Position numbers and translations under genes: made by a program
Assembly: GCA_965209155.1 (NCBI GenBank)
Contig: OZ242383.1
Location: 3,936,001 to 4,000,000, forward strand
From: a bacterium
GTDB lineage: Bacteria > SAR324 > NAC60-12
Direction: 5' to 3'
DNA: 64,000 bases
In this document: one piece after another, positions 18,532-27,871 of the stretch
Position numbering within the stretch: position 1 is the first letter of the stretch
Layout of the letters: every line of letters starts with the position of its first letter
The notes under the pieces: generated by a model
Seen by the model: the letters and a program-made list of their open reading frames with translations, nothing else
Databases searched by the model: none
What the model was told of the DNA's origin: nothing

Positions 18532-18891
18532 ATGGCAAGATTATATGCAAACGAAAATTTTCCTCTTCCCGTCGTCATAGAACTTCGACGGCGCGGGCAT
18601 GATGTATTAACCATTCAGGAAACTGGGAAAGCAGTTCAGGCAATACCGGATGAAGCAGTCTTAGCATTTGCCTGCACCGAGCAGCGAGTATTACTAACAT
18701 TCAATCGGAAACATTTTATTCGTCTCTACAACTCCCAATCGGACCACTCAGGAATCATCGTATGTAGCTTTGATTCTAATTTTGTGGCTCTAGCCGAACG
18801 AATTCATGAGAGTATTGGAAAATATGAAGCCCTTGCTCATCAACTCATCCGTGTCAATCGACCACCTCGAGCGAGGAGGCGATTGCCTTGA
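18532..18891 (+). CDS. DUF5615 PIN-like toxin
   Basis: LYANENFP, GHDV, D..VL.FA....RVLLTFN..HF, HSGII. Confidence 0.88.
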   Translation: MARLYANENFPLPVVIELRRRGHDVLTIQETGKAVQAIPDEAVLAFACTEQRVLLTFNRKHFIRLYNSQSDHSGIIVCSFDSNFVALAERIHESIGKYEALAHQLIRVNRPPRARRRLP

Positions 18892-18963
18892 AATCAGTCA
18901 TGAATATCCCTTTCTCATTTTTATGAATTTTTTAACTCCATAGGAGGTCTCGTTTGCGTTTCC

Positions 18964-19932
18964 CTACCGCTTGAAACTGGGCAGGAAGAGTCGAGCCAGG
19001 GGGCTTCTTTGTTTGATTGTCGCACCGTAGCGGCCTCCTCCTCCTCGCAGTCGTGGATCCAGCAGGTCCCTCACCGCGTCACCGAACATGTTGAGTCCAT
19101 AAACGACTATTGTGAGGAACAGCCCAGGCCAGATGGCCAGCCAGGGGGCCACCTCCATGTACTTGTGTCCTTCCCGGCTGAGCAATCCTCCCCAACTGGG
19201 AGTTCTGACGGGCAGTCCGAACCCGAGGAAGCTCAGAGAGGCCTCCGCGATAATCACGGTGCCGATGGTGATGCTGAAGATGATGATGGCAGGAGGTAAA
19301 ATATTGGGCAGGACATGGCGGATCAGGATTCTCCATTGAGAGCAACCCAGTGCCTTGGCCGCCTCAAAATAGACATTCTCTTTGACGCTAATCACCGCCC
19401 CTCGGATGACTCTAGAGTTGGCGATGCCGCCGGTGACCCCCAGGACCACGATGATCTGTAATACCCCCTGTCCCACGATGGACATGATAGTCAACAAGAG
19501 GAGCAGTCCCGGGAAGGCCATCCAGGCGTCGACAAAGCGTTGGACCGTCAGGTCCAATCGCCCGCCAATGTATCCGGAAAGGGCACCGATCAGGATCGCC
19601 ACGATCACATCCACACTGGTCGCAGCCACACCGACCAGTAAGGAAATCCGCGCCCCGTAAATGTTGCGGCTCAAGAAGTCTCGGCCCACATGGTCGGTTC
19701 CCAGGAGATGCTCGGCTGAGGAGCCCTGGAGCCGGATCACCACGTCTTGTTCATCATAGTGGTAAGGCGCCAGCACATCGGCAAAGACACTGACCAGGAC
19801 AAAGATCAAGATGATCACCCCGCCGAGGGTACCCAGGGGTTTCTCCTTGAACAATCGGATAAAAAAATCGGTCACCACATTCCGATGCTTGGCTGCTTTG
19901 ATGGGGGTTGGGGTTTCTGGGGTGTTGTTCAT
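18964..19932 (-). CDS. ABC permease DppC/OppC-like, unit 4
   Basis: HLLGTD..GRD, GARIS, EASLSFLG motifs. Confidence 0.95.
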   Translation of the reverse strand: MNNTPETPTPIKAAKHRNVVTDFFIRLFKEKPLGTLGGVIILIFVLVSVFADVLAPYHYDEQDVVIRLQGSSAEHLLGTDHVGRDFLSRNIYGARISLLVGVAATSVDVIVAILIGALSGYIGGRLDLTVQRFVDAWMAFPGLLLLLTIMSIVGQGVLQIIVVLGVTGGIANSRVIRGAVISVKENVYFEAAKALGCSQWRILIRHVLPNILPPAIIIFSITIGTVIIAEASLSFLGFGLPVRTPSWGGLLSREGHKYMEVAPWLAIWPGLFLTIVVYGLNMFGDAVRDLLDPRLRGGGGRYGATIKQRSPLARLFLPSFKR

Positions 19933-20017
19933 GTTCTCGATTTTTCCATTATACAGTCCCGGAGGGACTTCTTCTTACATACGAATCTCAAACCCTTATT
20001 TACCAGTAGCATAACGA

Positions 20018-20977
20018 CTATGTATACCGGATCCGGGGATCCAAATAGGCATACAGCAGGTCGATGAAGAGGTTGTTGAATATAATGAAGGCTCCGAAAA
20101 ACAGGTTGATTCCGGAGACCACCGGGTAGTCTCGGTTAGAGAGCGAGTTCACCATCAGTTGCCCCAACCCGGGCAGGTTGAAGATGTTCTCGATGATCAC
20201 GGACCCCCCGACCAGGACCGGCAACTGCAGGCCGATCAGGGACACGACCGGGATGAGGGCATTTTTGATGGCATGCCGGATCACAATGAGCCGCTCCTTA
20301 AGCCCCTTGGACCAGGCGGTGCGGATATAGTCCTGCCGCAGCACTTCCAGCATCATGGTCCGGGTCATCCGCATCGTGGCGGCAGAATAGTACGTCCCCA
20401 GAATCAAGCCGGGAATGACGAACACCCCGAGACTGCCCAGTGGATCTTCCGTGAAGGGAATCACGAACATCGGGGGCGACCAACCCCACCAGATGGACGG
20501 GAAGATCATCACCATCAGCGCCAGCCAGAAATTGGGCGTGGCCAGCCCGATGATGGCGATGGTGCGTCCCAGGTAGTCGGTGGCCGTATCCTGACGCACC
20601 GCCGAGTAGATGCCCACCGGCAGCGCGATCACCAACCCGATGAGGATGGCCACCAGCCCCAGCTGAAGGGTGACGGATAATCGCGCGATGATCTTTTCCT
20701 CTACCGTCAAATGGCCGCGCAGCAGGGATTCGCCCAGGGTACCCTGCAGGAGAAGCCTGCCGATCCAACGGGCATACTGGATAGGGACAGGCACATCCAG
20801 CCCCAGCATCCGCTCCAGCCTTTCCCGGTCCATATCACCCGCCGAGTATTGCAAATCCGTCAGCATGGCGTCGATCACATCCCCTGGCAGCATGCGGACC
20901 GTGAGAAAGACGATGAGGCTCAAGATTAACAAGGTGGGGACGAGCAGCAATACCCGCCTGATGATATAGGTTCTCAT
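20018..20977 (-). CDS. ABC permease DppB/OppB-like, unit 4
   Basis: Same motifs as the other dppB paralogs; GAGG RBS. Confidence 0.95.
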   Translation of the reverse strand: MRTYIIRRVLLLVPTLLILSLIVFLTVRMLPGDVIDAMLTDLQYSAGDMDRERLERMLGLDVPVPIQYARWIGRLLLQGTLGESLLRGHLTVEEKIIARLSVTLQLGLVAILIGLVIALPVGIYSAVRQDTATDYLGRTIAIIGLATPNFWLALMVMIFPSIWWGWSPPMFVIPFTEDPLGSLGVFVIPGLILGTYYSAATMRMTRTMMLEVLRQDYIRTAWSKGLKERLIVIRHAIKNALIPVVSLIGLQLPVLVGGSVIIENIFNLPGLGQLMVNSLSNRDYPVVSGINLFFGAFIIFNNLFIDLLYAYLDPRIRYT

Positions 20978-20999
20978 GGAACAGACCTCATCAGAAATC

Positions 21000-22868
21000 C
21001 TAATGCCCCATTTCTTCCTTCAGCTCATGGTCAATCCACAAGCGGTGGAGGCCGTTGTGCCACCCACAGTTACCCAGCTGGATTTCACCATTGTAACCGA
21101 CGAGCCACGGTTGGTTTATCGAAAACTGAGGAACGCGAGGCCCCCAGATCACCCACTGTTGCTTGATCGCGTACATATCGGCCTCTTTCCCCAGCCTATT
21201 CATTTCCTCAAAGGTGGGAGCCCCCAAGGCGGCATCCACCATGGGTTCATAAACCGGGTCGACGACTGCGCCTGGGTTATAGGTCCCTTTCGAGGTACCA
21301 AGCATGAGCATGTTCAGATCCCCGTAGTCAGCCCCGATGCTCACGAAATCGATCAAACCTTTCGCACTTTTTTCCCGCGTAGGACGCGTTAAATTGGCAT
21401 ATTGCGTGTTATCGATGGCATTAATCTCTACCTCAACCCCAATCTTAGCCCAGTAGCCGGCCGCTAATTCGCGATAGCCTGTATCCCAGCGGACTTGATT
21501 GTTGTGCAACACGGTCTTGAATCCATTGGGATAGCCTGCTTCCGCCAGAAGCTTTTTTGCCCCTTCCGGGTCATAGCTATAGGTTTTCTTGACTTCCTCG
21601 GGCCACGTTTCAAACGGATTGTTGGCCTTTTTCCAAGAAGGCCCAATCAGCCCCATGGGGACCCACTCACCAAAACCTTGAAAGTAAGCTTCGTTCATGG
21701 TCTTCAGGTCCAGGGCCATCTGCATCGCCTGGCGCACCCGGATGTCGTCGAAGGGGGGATGATTGATGTTCATCGCAAAAGAGGTTTCCGACCGAAACGA
21801 AAACGGCCAAATTTGGAGCTCGGGGTTGGTCTTCTGCACATTCACTATCGTTTCGATAGACTGGATTTGAGAGACGCCGAGATGACCGGCGTAGGCAATC
21901 CGACCCGAACGCAGGGCCGCCAGTTTGGTGGCTTCTTCTCCCATAAACACGGCCACGATCTTGTCCACATAGGGCAACCGGTTTTGCGGGAATTTTTCGT
22001 CGTTTCTCCAGTAGTTCGGGTTCTTTTCATAGGTCATCGAGCTGCCCTCGGTCCAGTCCGTCATCTGAAAAGCTCCGGTGCCGACCAAACTCCGCCAATC
22101 CTCCGCGTTGCCGTGTTCCTCGATGATCTCAGGAGCGTATACATACATATGGCAACAGTCCAAGAGTTGTTTCAGCGCATTAGGGCTGGGCTGGCTCAAC
22201 TTGACAACCAGGGTCGTATTGTCGGGGGCCTCTACCGATTCGATGGGCAAACCCAAGGTCCCCCAATTCTGATGGGCTCTGCCTTTACCGGCGAACCTTC
22301 CGATACCCAGCATGCGTTGATAGTTATAGGCGATATCATCCGCCACCATTTCTCTACCATTTACAGGGGCCTTATCGTGAAAGTGAACGCCCTCCTGGAT
22401 CTTGAAGATCAGGGTGGTGTCGTCGGGCAGCTCCCAGCTTTTTGCCAGGTTCCCCGTTAAAACATCAAGAGGATAGTTGCCAACGGTGAAATCACTGACT
22501 GCTTCCCGATGGATTGCCCAGTCTCCGATACCGATCCTGTCCAGTGCGGGACCGGCTATCATTCCCGCCGAGTGCCCTATTGTCCCAAAGGTGTCTGTGT
22601 CCGTACTTTCTCTGGGTATCATGGCATAGGTGATGGTCCCGCCGTACTGAGGAGCAGCTATCATTTTGCCGGTGGCGGGATCTTTCACCATCTGTTTCGC
22701 GTGCAAGGCAGCCGGGCCGACCCCGAAGGCAGCCACCATCAGGGTGAGGGACATCAGGATTGCACTGAAGGTTGATTTGCTTTTTTGTCGATTCATTTGA
22801 ATCCTTTCTGCTTTTTGATTAAAAAGCCAAGATGAAGGGTTGTTTGGAATAGCGATTTTCGATTTCAT
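21000..22868 (-). CDS. ABC substrate-binding protein family 5, unit 4
   Basis: LAKSWE, FHDKAPVNGRE, VGTGAF, PPFDDIRVRQA; shared MKSKIAI... leader. Confidence 0.93.
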   Translation of the reverse strand: MKSKIAIPNNPSSWLFNQKAERIQMNRQKSKSTFSAILMSLTLMVAAFGVGPAALHAKQMVKDPATGKMIAAPQYGGTITYAMIPRESTDTDTFGTIGHSAGMIAGPALDRIGIGDWAIHREAVSDFTVGNYPLDVLTGNLAKSWELPDDTTLIFKIQEGVHFHDKAPVNGREMVADDIAYNYQRMLGIGRFAGKGRAHQNWGTLGLPIESVEAPDNTTLVVKLSQPSPNALKQLLDCCHMYVYAPEIIEEHGNAEDWRSLVGTGAFQMTDWTEGSSMTYEKNPNYWRNDEKFPQNRLPYVDKIVAVFMGEEATKLAALRSGRIAYAGHLGVSQIQSIETIVNVQKTNPELQIWPFSFRSETSFAMNINHPPFDDIRVRQAMQMALDLKTMNEAYFQGFGEWVPMGLIGPSWKKANNPFETWPEEVKKTYSYDPEGAKKLLAEAGYPNGFKTVLHNNQVRWDTGYRELAAGYWAKIGVEVEINAIDNTQYANLTRPTREKSAKGLIDFVSIGADYGDLNMLMLGTSKGTYNPGAVVDPVYEPMVDAALGAPTFEEMNRLGKEADMYAIKQQWVIWGPRVPQFSINQPWLVGYNGEIQLGNCGWHNGLHRLWIDHELKEEMGH

Positions 22869-23266
22869 AAGATTCTCCTAAAAAAAATAAATAACGTAAC
22901 TATTCAGGTCTCTGAAAAACCCGTTCAGTTAAATATCATTAAAAAGATTCCCGGAGAGGAGCGATCGTTTTCAAGTCCTCCCACGATATGGTCCCATCAA
23001 TCGGGAATCCTCTCTTTCACTAAAACAACTTAGTGAAGGTATGATTCTAGCAATATATATTTTTGGATAATGTCAACCCCATAATAAAAAAAATGCAGGA
23101 TTCGTAAAAAAATGAAAAATCTATCAATCAGGGAGATCTGCTGCGTTATGATCATGAGCCAAAAAGCGAAGGTTCACTCCACAATCCATTGTTTTTTCCA
23201 ATGGCGATAATGATCGTAAAGGCTTTGCCAGGGAGGTAAATCAGAGTGCTAAGCGCTCTTGCTTCC
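22869..23266 (-). promoter_or_regulatory. Shared dppA upstream module (intact copy) with putative structured 5' leader
   Basis: Repeated at 35460-35857, 5809-6065 and partly at 16462-16660; contains RBS AGGAG, stems and TTGACA. Confidence 0.8.
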
Positions 23267-23411
23267 TATGAACTATTGCTAGCTTGAATTTTTTTCAGGT
23301 ACCTACTATTTTATGATTATCTTTCTGAAACAGGCTTATATTCAATTGCTGTTCAGCAGCATTCGAACTGCTGCACTGGCAGAACAGTTTATTTTAAAAC
23401 CGGACAATTAA

Positions 23412-23594
23412 AAAGGCGCTTTTGCAGGAGAATCTCAGGCCAATCGGCGTTATCTCTATTTTGCTAAAGTCGCAGAAGTGGAAGGATACCCCGAGATTGC
23501 CAGTAATTTTCGTGAATCAGCAGAAGGAGAAACCGGACATGCGCATGGTCATTTAGACTATATCAAGCAGGATTTGAGGTCACTGGCAGACTAA
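23412..23594 (+). pseudogene. Rubrerythrin fragment
   Basis: AFAGESQANRRYLYFAKVAEVEGYPEIASNFRESAEGETGHAHGHLDY; no start codon in frame; ends at the four-helix-bundle element. Confidence 0.85.
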
Positions 23595-24153
23595 TTAATC
23601 TCATTAAACCACCAGCTCTGCTGGTGCGAACCTAATAGGCTTTGCCGGTCAGACATGAGAAACGTATCCGTGTCCGTTAGCCGTGCTCGTGAACGGTCAG
23701 TGAATTCGACGGCACATTTTGGTTAACATAGAAACAATGCGATGAAGTAACTGTTTTCCTTCGTCAAATAAAGGAGGCTGGATGATCTTCAACACGTTTA
23801 AAACATCGAGAATAGCAGCGCATTCCATTGCGGAACCTCGGGCAAACGCATAGAATCGTTGCTTGTCAGGAAGGGAATTTTTTCCACAGCCTTCTGCGAT
23901 ATTGAGAGGAATCGACCATGAGGCCCTTTTCAGTTGGTCAACTAAGGCTGAGTATCCTTTTGGCAATGTTTCGATGACTTGGACAGATAACGCTAAAAAT
24001 TCGATGGAACATTGGTATACATCGAGTTTTTCATGATCTAACATGGCAGCCTTTTTCGTTCACGAGCACGAGCACGTCTTACGATGACGAACACGTTTTG
24101 CCCCCATCCTGGGGGCCTCTTCAAGCCACCGGCTCTGCCGGTGGTGATGACTT
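23592..24153 (+). mobile_element. Non-autonomous element with IS200/IS605-like hairpin ends carrying a four-helix-bundle gene, copy 1
   Basis: 562 bp, near-identical to 47352-47919 and 47920-48481; subterminal hairpins CACCAGC-TCT-GCTGGTG and CCACCGGC-TCT-GCCGGTGG. Confidence 0.75.
23697..24044 (-). CDS. Four helix bundle protein (23S rRNA IVS protein-like), copy 1
   Basis: EKLDVYQ, DQL.RAS.SIPLNIAEG, F...ARGSA.EC motifs. Confidence 0.93.
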   Translation of the reverse strand: MLDHEKLDVYQCSIEFLALSVQVIETLPKGYSALVDQLKRASWSIPLNIAEGCGKNSLPDKQRFYAFARGSAMECAAILDVLNVLKIIQPPLFDEGKQLLHRIVSMLTKMCRRIH

Positions 24154-24251
24154 GCTATTTCTCAAAACCGGAAAACTGACAGGCTGGTAAGGAAAGACAC
24201 GATTCAGCAGCGAAAAAGAAATGGAGAGTATTATTACAGACATAAAGAAAG

Positions 24252-26048
24252 ATGGATCAGATTAAAAAATTGAAAAATCAACGAGACGCGTCATTGAAAT
24301 TCACCGCCTCAGGTCCCCCTTCTGCAACATCAAATCCTTTTTTTGGGGTGGGACCTATTACCGACATGACGTTTGATGAAGCCGAACGGCGTTTCCAGGG
24401 ATTCGAGTTTCAGAGGTGGTTGGAGAAAAATTATCGTAAAATCAGTGATAGTGGGCAGGATGTGGGACCCATCACGAAAGGGGAACTCGACCGTGGCATG
24501 CATCGTGGCTATCCGGCAGACAAAGTGGTACTGGATATGATGCGGGAAATCCACAGGTATTTTCGTTTTCCCAAACAAAATCGCATGGCTGTTGGATTGG
24601 GAGGAGGCCACAATGGTTTTACAGTTTGCATTTTACATTTAATCCATCCTGAAAATCCCACCCAACAAATTTTTGTGGATACTCCTGAACCCGAAACTAC
24701 GGCTGCTCAGCAAGGTGGATTTTTTCGTCAGTCCTGGGGCACTCAATTGATCGAACTCCTCAGATTTTCTACGAACGGAGAAAAAAAACGACTCCATTTC
24801 AGCGCAACAGAAGGCCACATCCCCACACCCCGTCAATTGCAGACCTGGGGTATTCAATTCATCATAGGCGTCGGTCACGAAACTACAGGAGCCACCACTT
24901 ATTCAGACCAGGATATCCGAAACTTGTTGGCATGGATCGAGTTGAATCCTCAAAATCATCACGCGCTAATTGACGGCACTTCGATGGTGGGTGCTATGCC
25001 CTGGCCCGAATCGTTGGGACAACAAATCATTGACAAATGTTGTATATTCATGCCCTTTCAGAAAGCAGTAGGAGGCATACCCGGTTATTTTGTCGCCTCC
25101 TTCCCCCCCGCCGCTTTGCAGATGGTAGAGCGGAATATGAGAGATCCAGGTTGGGCGATTCCACGACATCTTAAAATCGCAGTTCCCGAAAATCCCCAAA
25201 TGCCGCTTTCCGGCAAACAAACAACGAATCTCGGTCCCCTATACGATGCCAGGCAAGACAAAATGTTGGGAGGAATCATCAACACTTTCAGTAATACTGC
25301 CTTTGCAGAAACCACCTTTGGATTGCTACAGATGGAAAAACGTGTCGGGAATGTAAGTAAACTGAATCAACGGTCTGTGATCAATCGCCAAAAAATAAAC
25401 GAATGGATTGTGACCCATCCCCTCTTTGAATTGGGAGTTACCGATGAATCGCGCCGCGGTGCAGCCGTGACTTTGCTTAAAGTGAACGATCCGGATATCA
25501 CGAACTCTGACATACACGCAAGAATCATCGCAAAAACGAAACAGCTCTTGGGTTTTGAAGGAATCAGGCATCCCAATGGAAAGCATGAAAACGGATTGGA
25601 TGTCGCTCGCTACGTCAATCCATTTCCAGGAACAGCAGGAGATTTTCGCGCCTGGATCGGGGGGACAAGATCTGAGTCGGACATTGTAGCACTCCTGGAT
25701 AATCTGGAATATACCTATCACCGCGCGAAAATTGTAGTCCTGGAAGAAGAGTTGACCGAGCTGGGGCTGAGCTCGGATTTTCATTCAGAAAACCCGGAGG
25801 TGAAAGCGAGGAAACCTTCACCATACGAGGATTCAGACACAATTAAAAAATTGGAAGAGCGAATTAGCGAACGAGTTTTTACTGACAAAATACGTCGAAC
25901 CACCGAGCGTTTGGCCGCCATCTGGGGGGCTCTTACATCCGTTGAAGATCCCGCACGACGTGCGGAATTGATCGACAGACACGCAACCCAACTCTTGCAT
26001 GATTCCAAAGAATACACGGAATTGATGAAAGAATTGGGATTGAGATAA
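24252..26048 (+). CDS. Putative PLP-dependent class V aminotransferase (SerC-like), extended
   Basis: MHR, GGG..GF, HETTGA, DGTS..GA, PFQK..GG and INT motifs resemble SerC-type enzymes. Confidence 0.55.
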   Translation: MDQIKKLKNQRDASLKFTASGPPSATSNPFFGVGPITDMTFDEAERRFQGFEFQRWLEKNYRKISDSGQDVGPITKGELDRGMHRGYPADKVVLDMMREIHRYFRFPKQNRMAVGLGGGHNGFTVCILHLIHPENPTQQIFVDTPEPETTAAQQGGFFRQSWGTQLIELLRFSTNGEKKRLHFSATEGHIPTPRQLQTWGIQFIIGVGHETTGATTYSDQDIRNLLAWIELNPQNHHALIDGTSMVGAMPWPESLGQQIIDKCCIFMPFQKAVGGIPGYFVASFPPAALQMVERNMRDPGWAIPRHLKIAVPENPQMPLSGKQTTNLGPLYDARQDKMLGGIINTFSNTAFAETTFGLLQMEKRVGNVSKLNQRSVINRQKINEWIVTHPLFELGVTDESRRGAAVTLLKVNDPDITNSDIHARIIAKTKQLLGFEGIRHPNGKHENGLDVARYVNPFPGTAGDFRAWIGGTRSESDIVALLDNLEYTYHRAKIVVLEEELTELGLSSDFHSENPEVKARKPSPYEDSDTIKKLEERISERVFTDKIRRTTERLAAIWGALTSVEDPARRAELIDRHATQLLHDSKEYTELMKELGLR

Positions 26049-26061
26049 CTACCATACATTG

Positions 26062-27852
26062 CTACTTTATCGCTAAAAAATCCTGCTGATTCAGCTTTTT
26101 ACTAAAAAAATGTATGATTTGATTGGTTTGAGTGTATTCAGTTTGCACTTCGATCAAGGTGGCCTGATTTTTAGAAATTGCTGAGAGGTAGGCTTTTTGT
26201 AATTCTTGATTCGTCTGAGGTGTCTCATACGCAAGTTTAAAAAAATGAGCAAGTCCACTGAAGTCAAGGTAATGAGGCGTTTGAAAGAATCTTACATAGA
26301 ATTCCTTTTGTTGCGCGATGGGTAGCAAGCTGAAAATCCCTCCGCCGTTGTTGTTGAAGAGAACGATTACCAGGGGACAGTTCAATTCCCGGATGATTTG
26401 TAAAGAATTCATATCATGGAGCAAAGAAAGATCCCCTATCAATAGCGTAGTAGGCTTACGACTGGAAACTGCATAACCAGCTGCCGAAGCGACAACTCCG
26501 TCGATTCCGCTTGCTCCCCGATTCGCGCGTACTTTCAAGAAAAAAGGACGTGTGATGGCAAACATGTCCATCAAACGGATGGGCATGCTGTTTCCTAAAA
26601 AAAATTGACTGAATTGCGGAGCAGATTCAGAAATAAGACGGGCCACTGAGGGTTCTGTGAGACGATTGTCCCTGGAAAAATATTGTTCCATTACATCGTC
26701 CACATGGTTTGAAATTGCCTTGAGAGGATGCCACCAATCAGGCATTTTATCTTGTTTTGCAGTTAAAACGCAATCTATCAGACCTTGGCAAAAACAGGAT
26801 ACTTTGCTTTCAATACGCATCGATACCCGGTGAGACGGGTCATGACGAGAAGGAGTGTCTGCCACTAGAATGAGTTCCTGAATTCGATTTTCTGCCAAAA
26901 ACGTCTGCAATCGTTTTGAAGTAAAATGGACTCCAAATTGTAAAAAACATTCAGCTTTCTGCAAAATAGACTGTACTTCCGGATTGAATAGCATCAAGTC
27001 AATATATGGTATGATGCACGGATCCTTGAACATGCGTAGATGAGAGGTAATGTCTGCAAATATCGGCCAATTGAGGACTTTCGCCAGATCCAGGACTGCT
27101 TGACTTTCTTCGAGTGTTTGTAAGGATCCTGCCAGGATGATCCCTTTTTTGTGACGGATTTTTTGCTTAAGAAGTCGAATTTGGTCATCGGCATGTAACA
27201 AAGATTGGCTTTTCAAGTAGCTCGTATACGGCACACGCGAAATAGTCCAATGCCGGATTGGGTTTAAATATTCTTCGAAACAGGTTTTTGTTTCAGAATG
27301 GAAAGGCTCACGGAACATGCAATTGAGATGGACTGGACCACCCGGTTTTTCCCGGCACTTGTAGACTGCTTGATCCACAGTAGTTAAAAGCATGGATGGT
27401 TCAATTTGAAGGTCCGGACATGGGAGTGTGCCGGACCATCGGAGATATCCCGTAAACATCTTTGTTTGGTCAATGGTTTGATTGGCCCCCGTATCGAGTA
27501 ATTCCGGTGGACGATCAGCCGTTAATAACAATAAAGGCAGACAAGATTGAAATGCTTCCACGGTTGCAGGAAAAAGATTGGACACCGCGGTTCCAGAAGT
27601 TGTTATCACCGCGGCTGATCGATTTCGTGCGGTTTGGGAAAAGCCCATTGCATAATAAGCCATACCCCGTTCATCAAAATGAACAGTGGTTTTGACACTC
27701 GCATGAGCGGCGGCGGCCAGGGTCAGAGGCGTGGATCGTGATCCCGAACAAATACAAAAATGCTCAATCCCACAGCGAAAAAGTTCCTCGATGATCAGTG
27801 ATGCCCACAAAGAGTTCAATGTGGAAAAGGAATTTTCAATGTATCTTTTCAT
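26062..27852 (-). CDS. menD: SEPHCHC synthase MenD
   Basis: GSRSTPL, HFDER, TTSGTA, TADRPPEL, GANQTIDQ, ANRGASGIDG, GDLS.LHD.N, NNNGGGIF. Confidence 0.96.
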   Translation of the reverse strand: MKRYIENSFSTLNSLWASLIIEELFRCGIEHFCICSGSRSTPLTLAAAAHASVKTTVHFDERGMAYYAMGFSQTARNRSAAVITTSGTAVSNLFPATVEAFQSCLPLLLLTADRPPELLDTGANQTIDQTKMFTGYLRWSGTLPCPDLQIEPSMLLTTVDQAVYKCREKPGGPVHLNCMFREPFHSETKTCFEEYLNPIRHWTISRVPYTSYLKSQSLLHADDQIRLLKQKIRHKKGIILAGSLQTLEESQAVLDLAKVLNWPIFADITSHLRMFKDPCIIPYIDLMLFNPEVQSILQKAECFLQFGVHFTSKRLQTFLAENRIQELILVADTPSRHDPSHRVSMRIESKVSCFCQGLIDCVLTAKQDKMPDWWHPLKAISNHVDDVMEQYFSRDNRLTEPSVARLISESAPQFSQFFLGNSMPIRLMDMFAITRPFFLKVRANRGASGIDGVVASAAGYAVSSRKPTTLLIGDLSLLHDMNSLQIIRELNCPLVIVLFNNNGGGIFSLLPIAQQKEFYVRFFQTPHYLDFSGLAHFFKLAYETPQTNQELQKAYLSAISKNQATLIEVQTEYTQTNQIIHFFSKKLNQQDFLAIK

Positions 27853-27871
27853 ATAATCCCAAGGAATAAAA

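Noticed and set aside
22896..23040. Known riboswitch (glycine, cobalamin, FMN, purine)
   Set aside because: Only short incidental matches; the core consensus elements are absent by eye.
23697..24044. Diversity-generating retroelement (Avd-like gene)
   Set aside because: No reverse transcriptase and no TR/VR pair with adenine-specific differences seen in the window.
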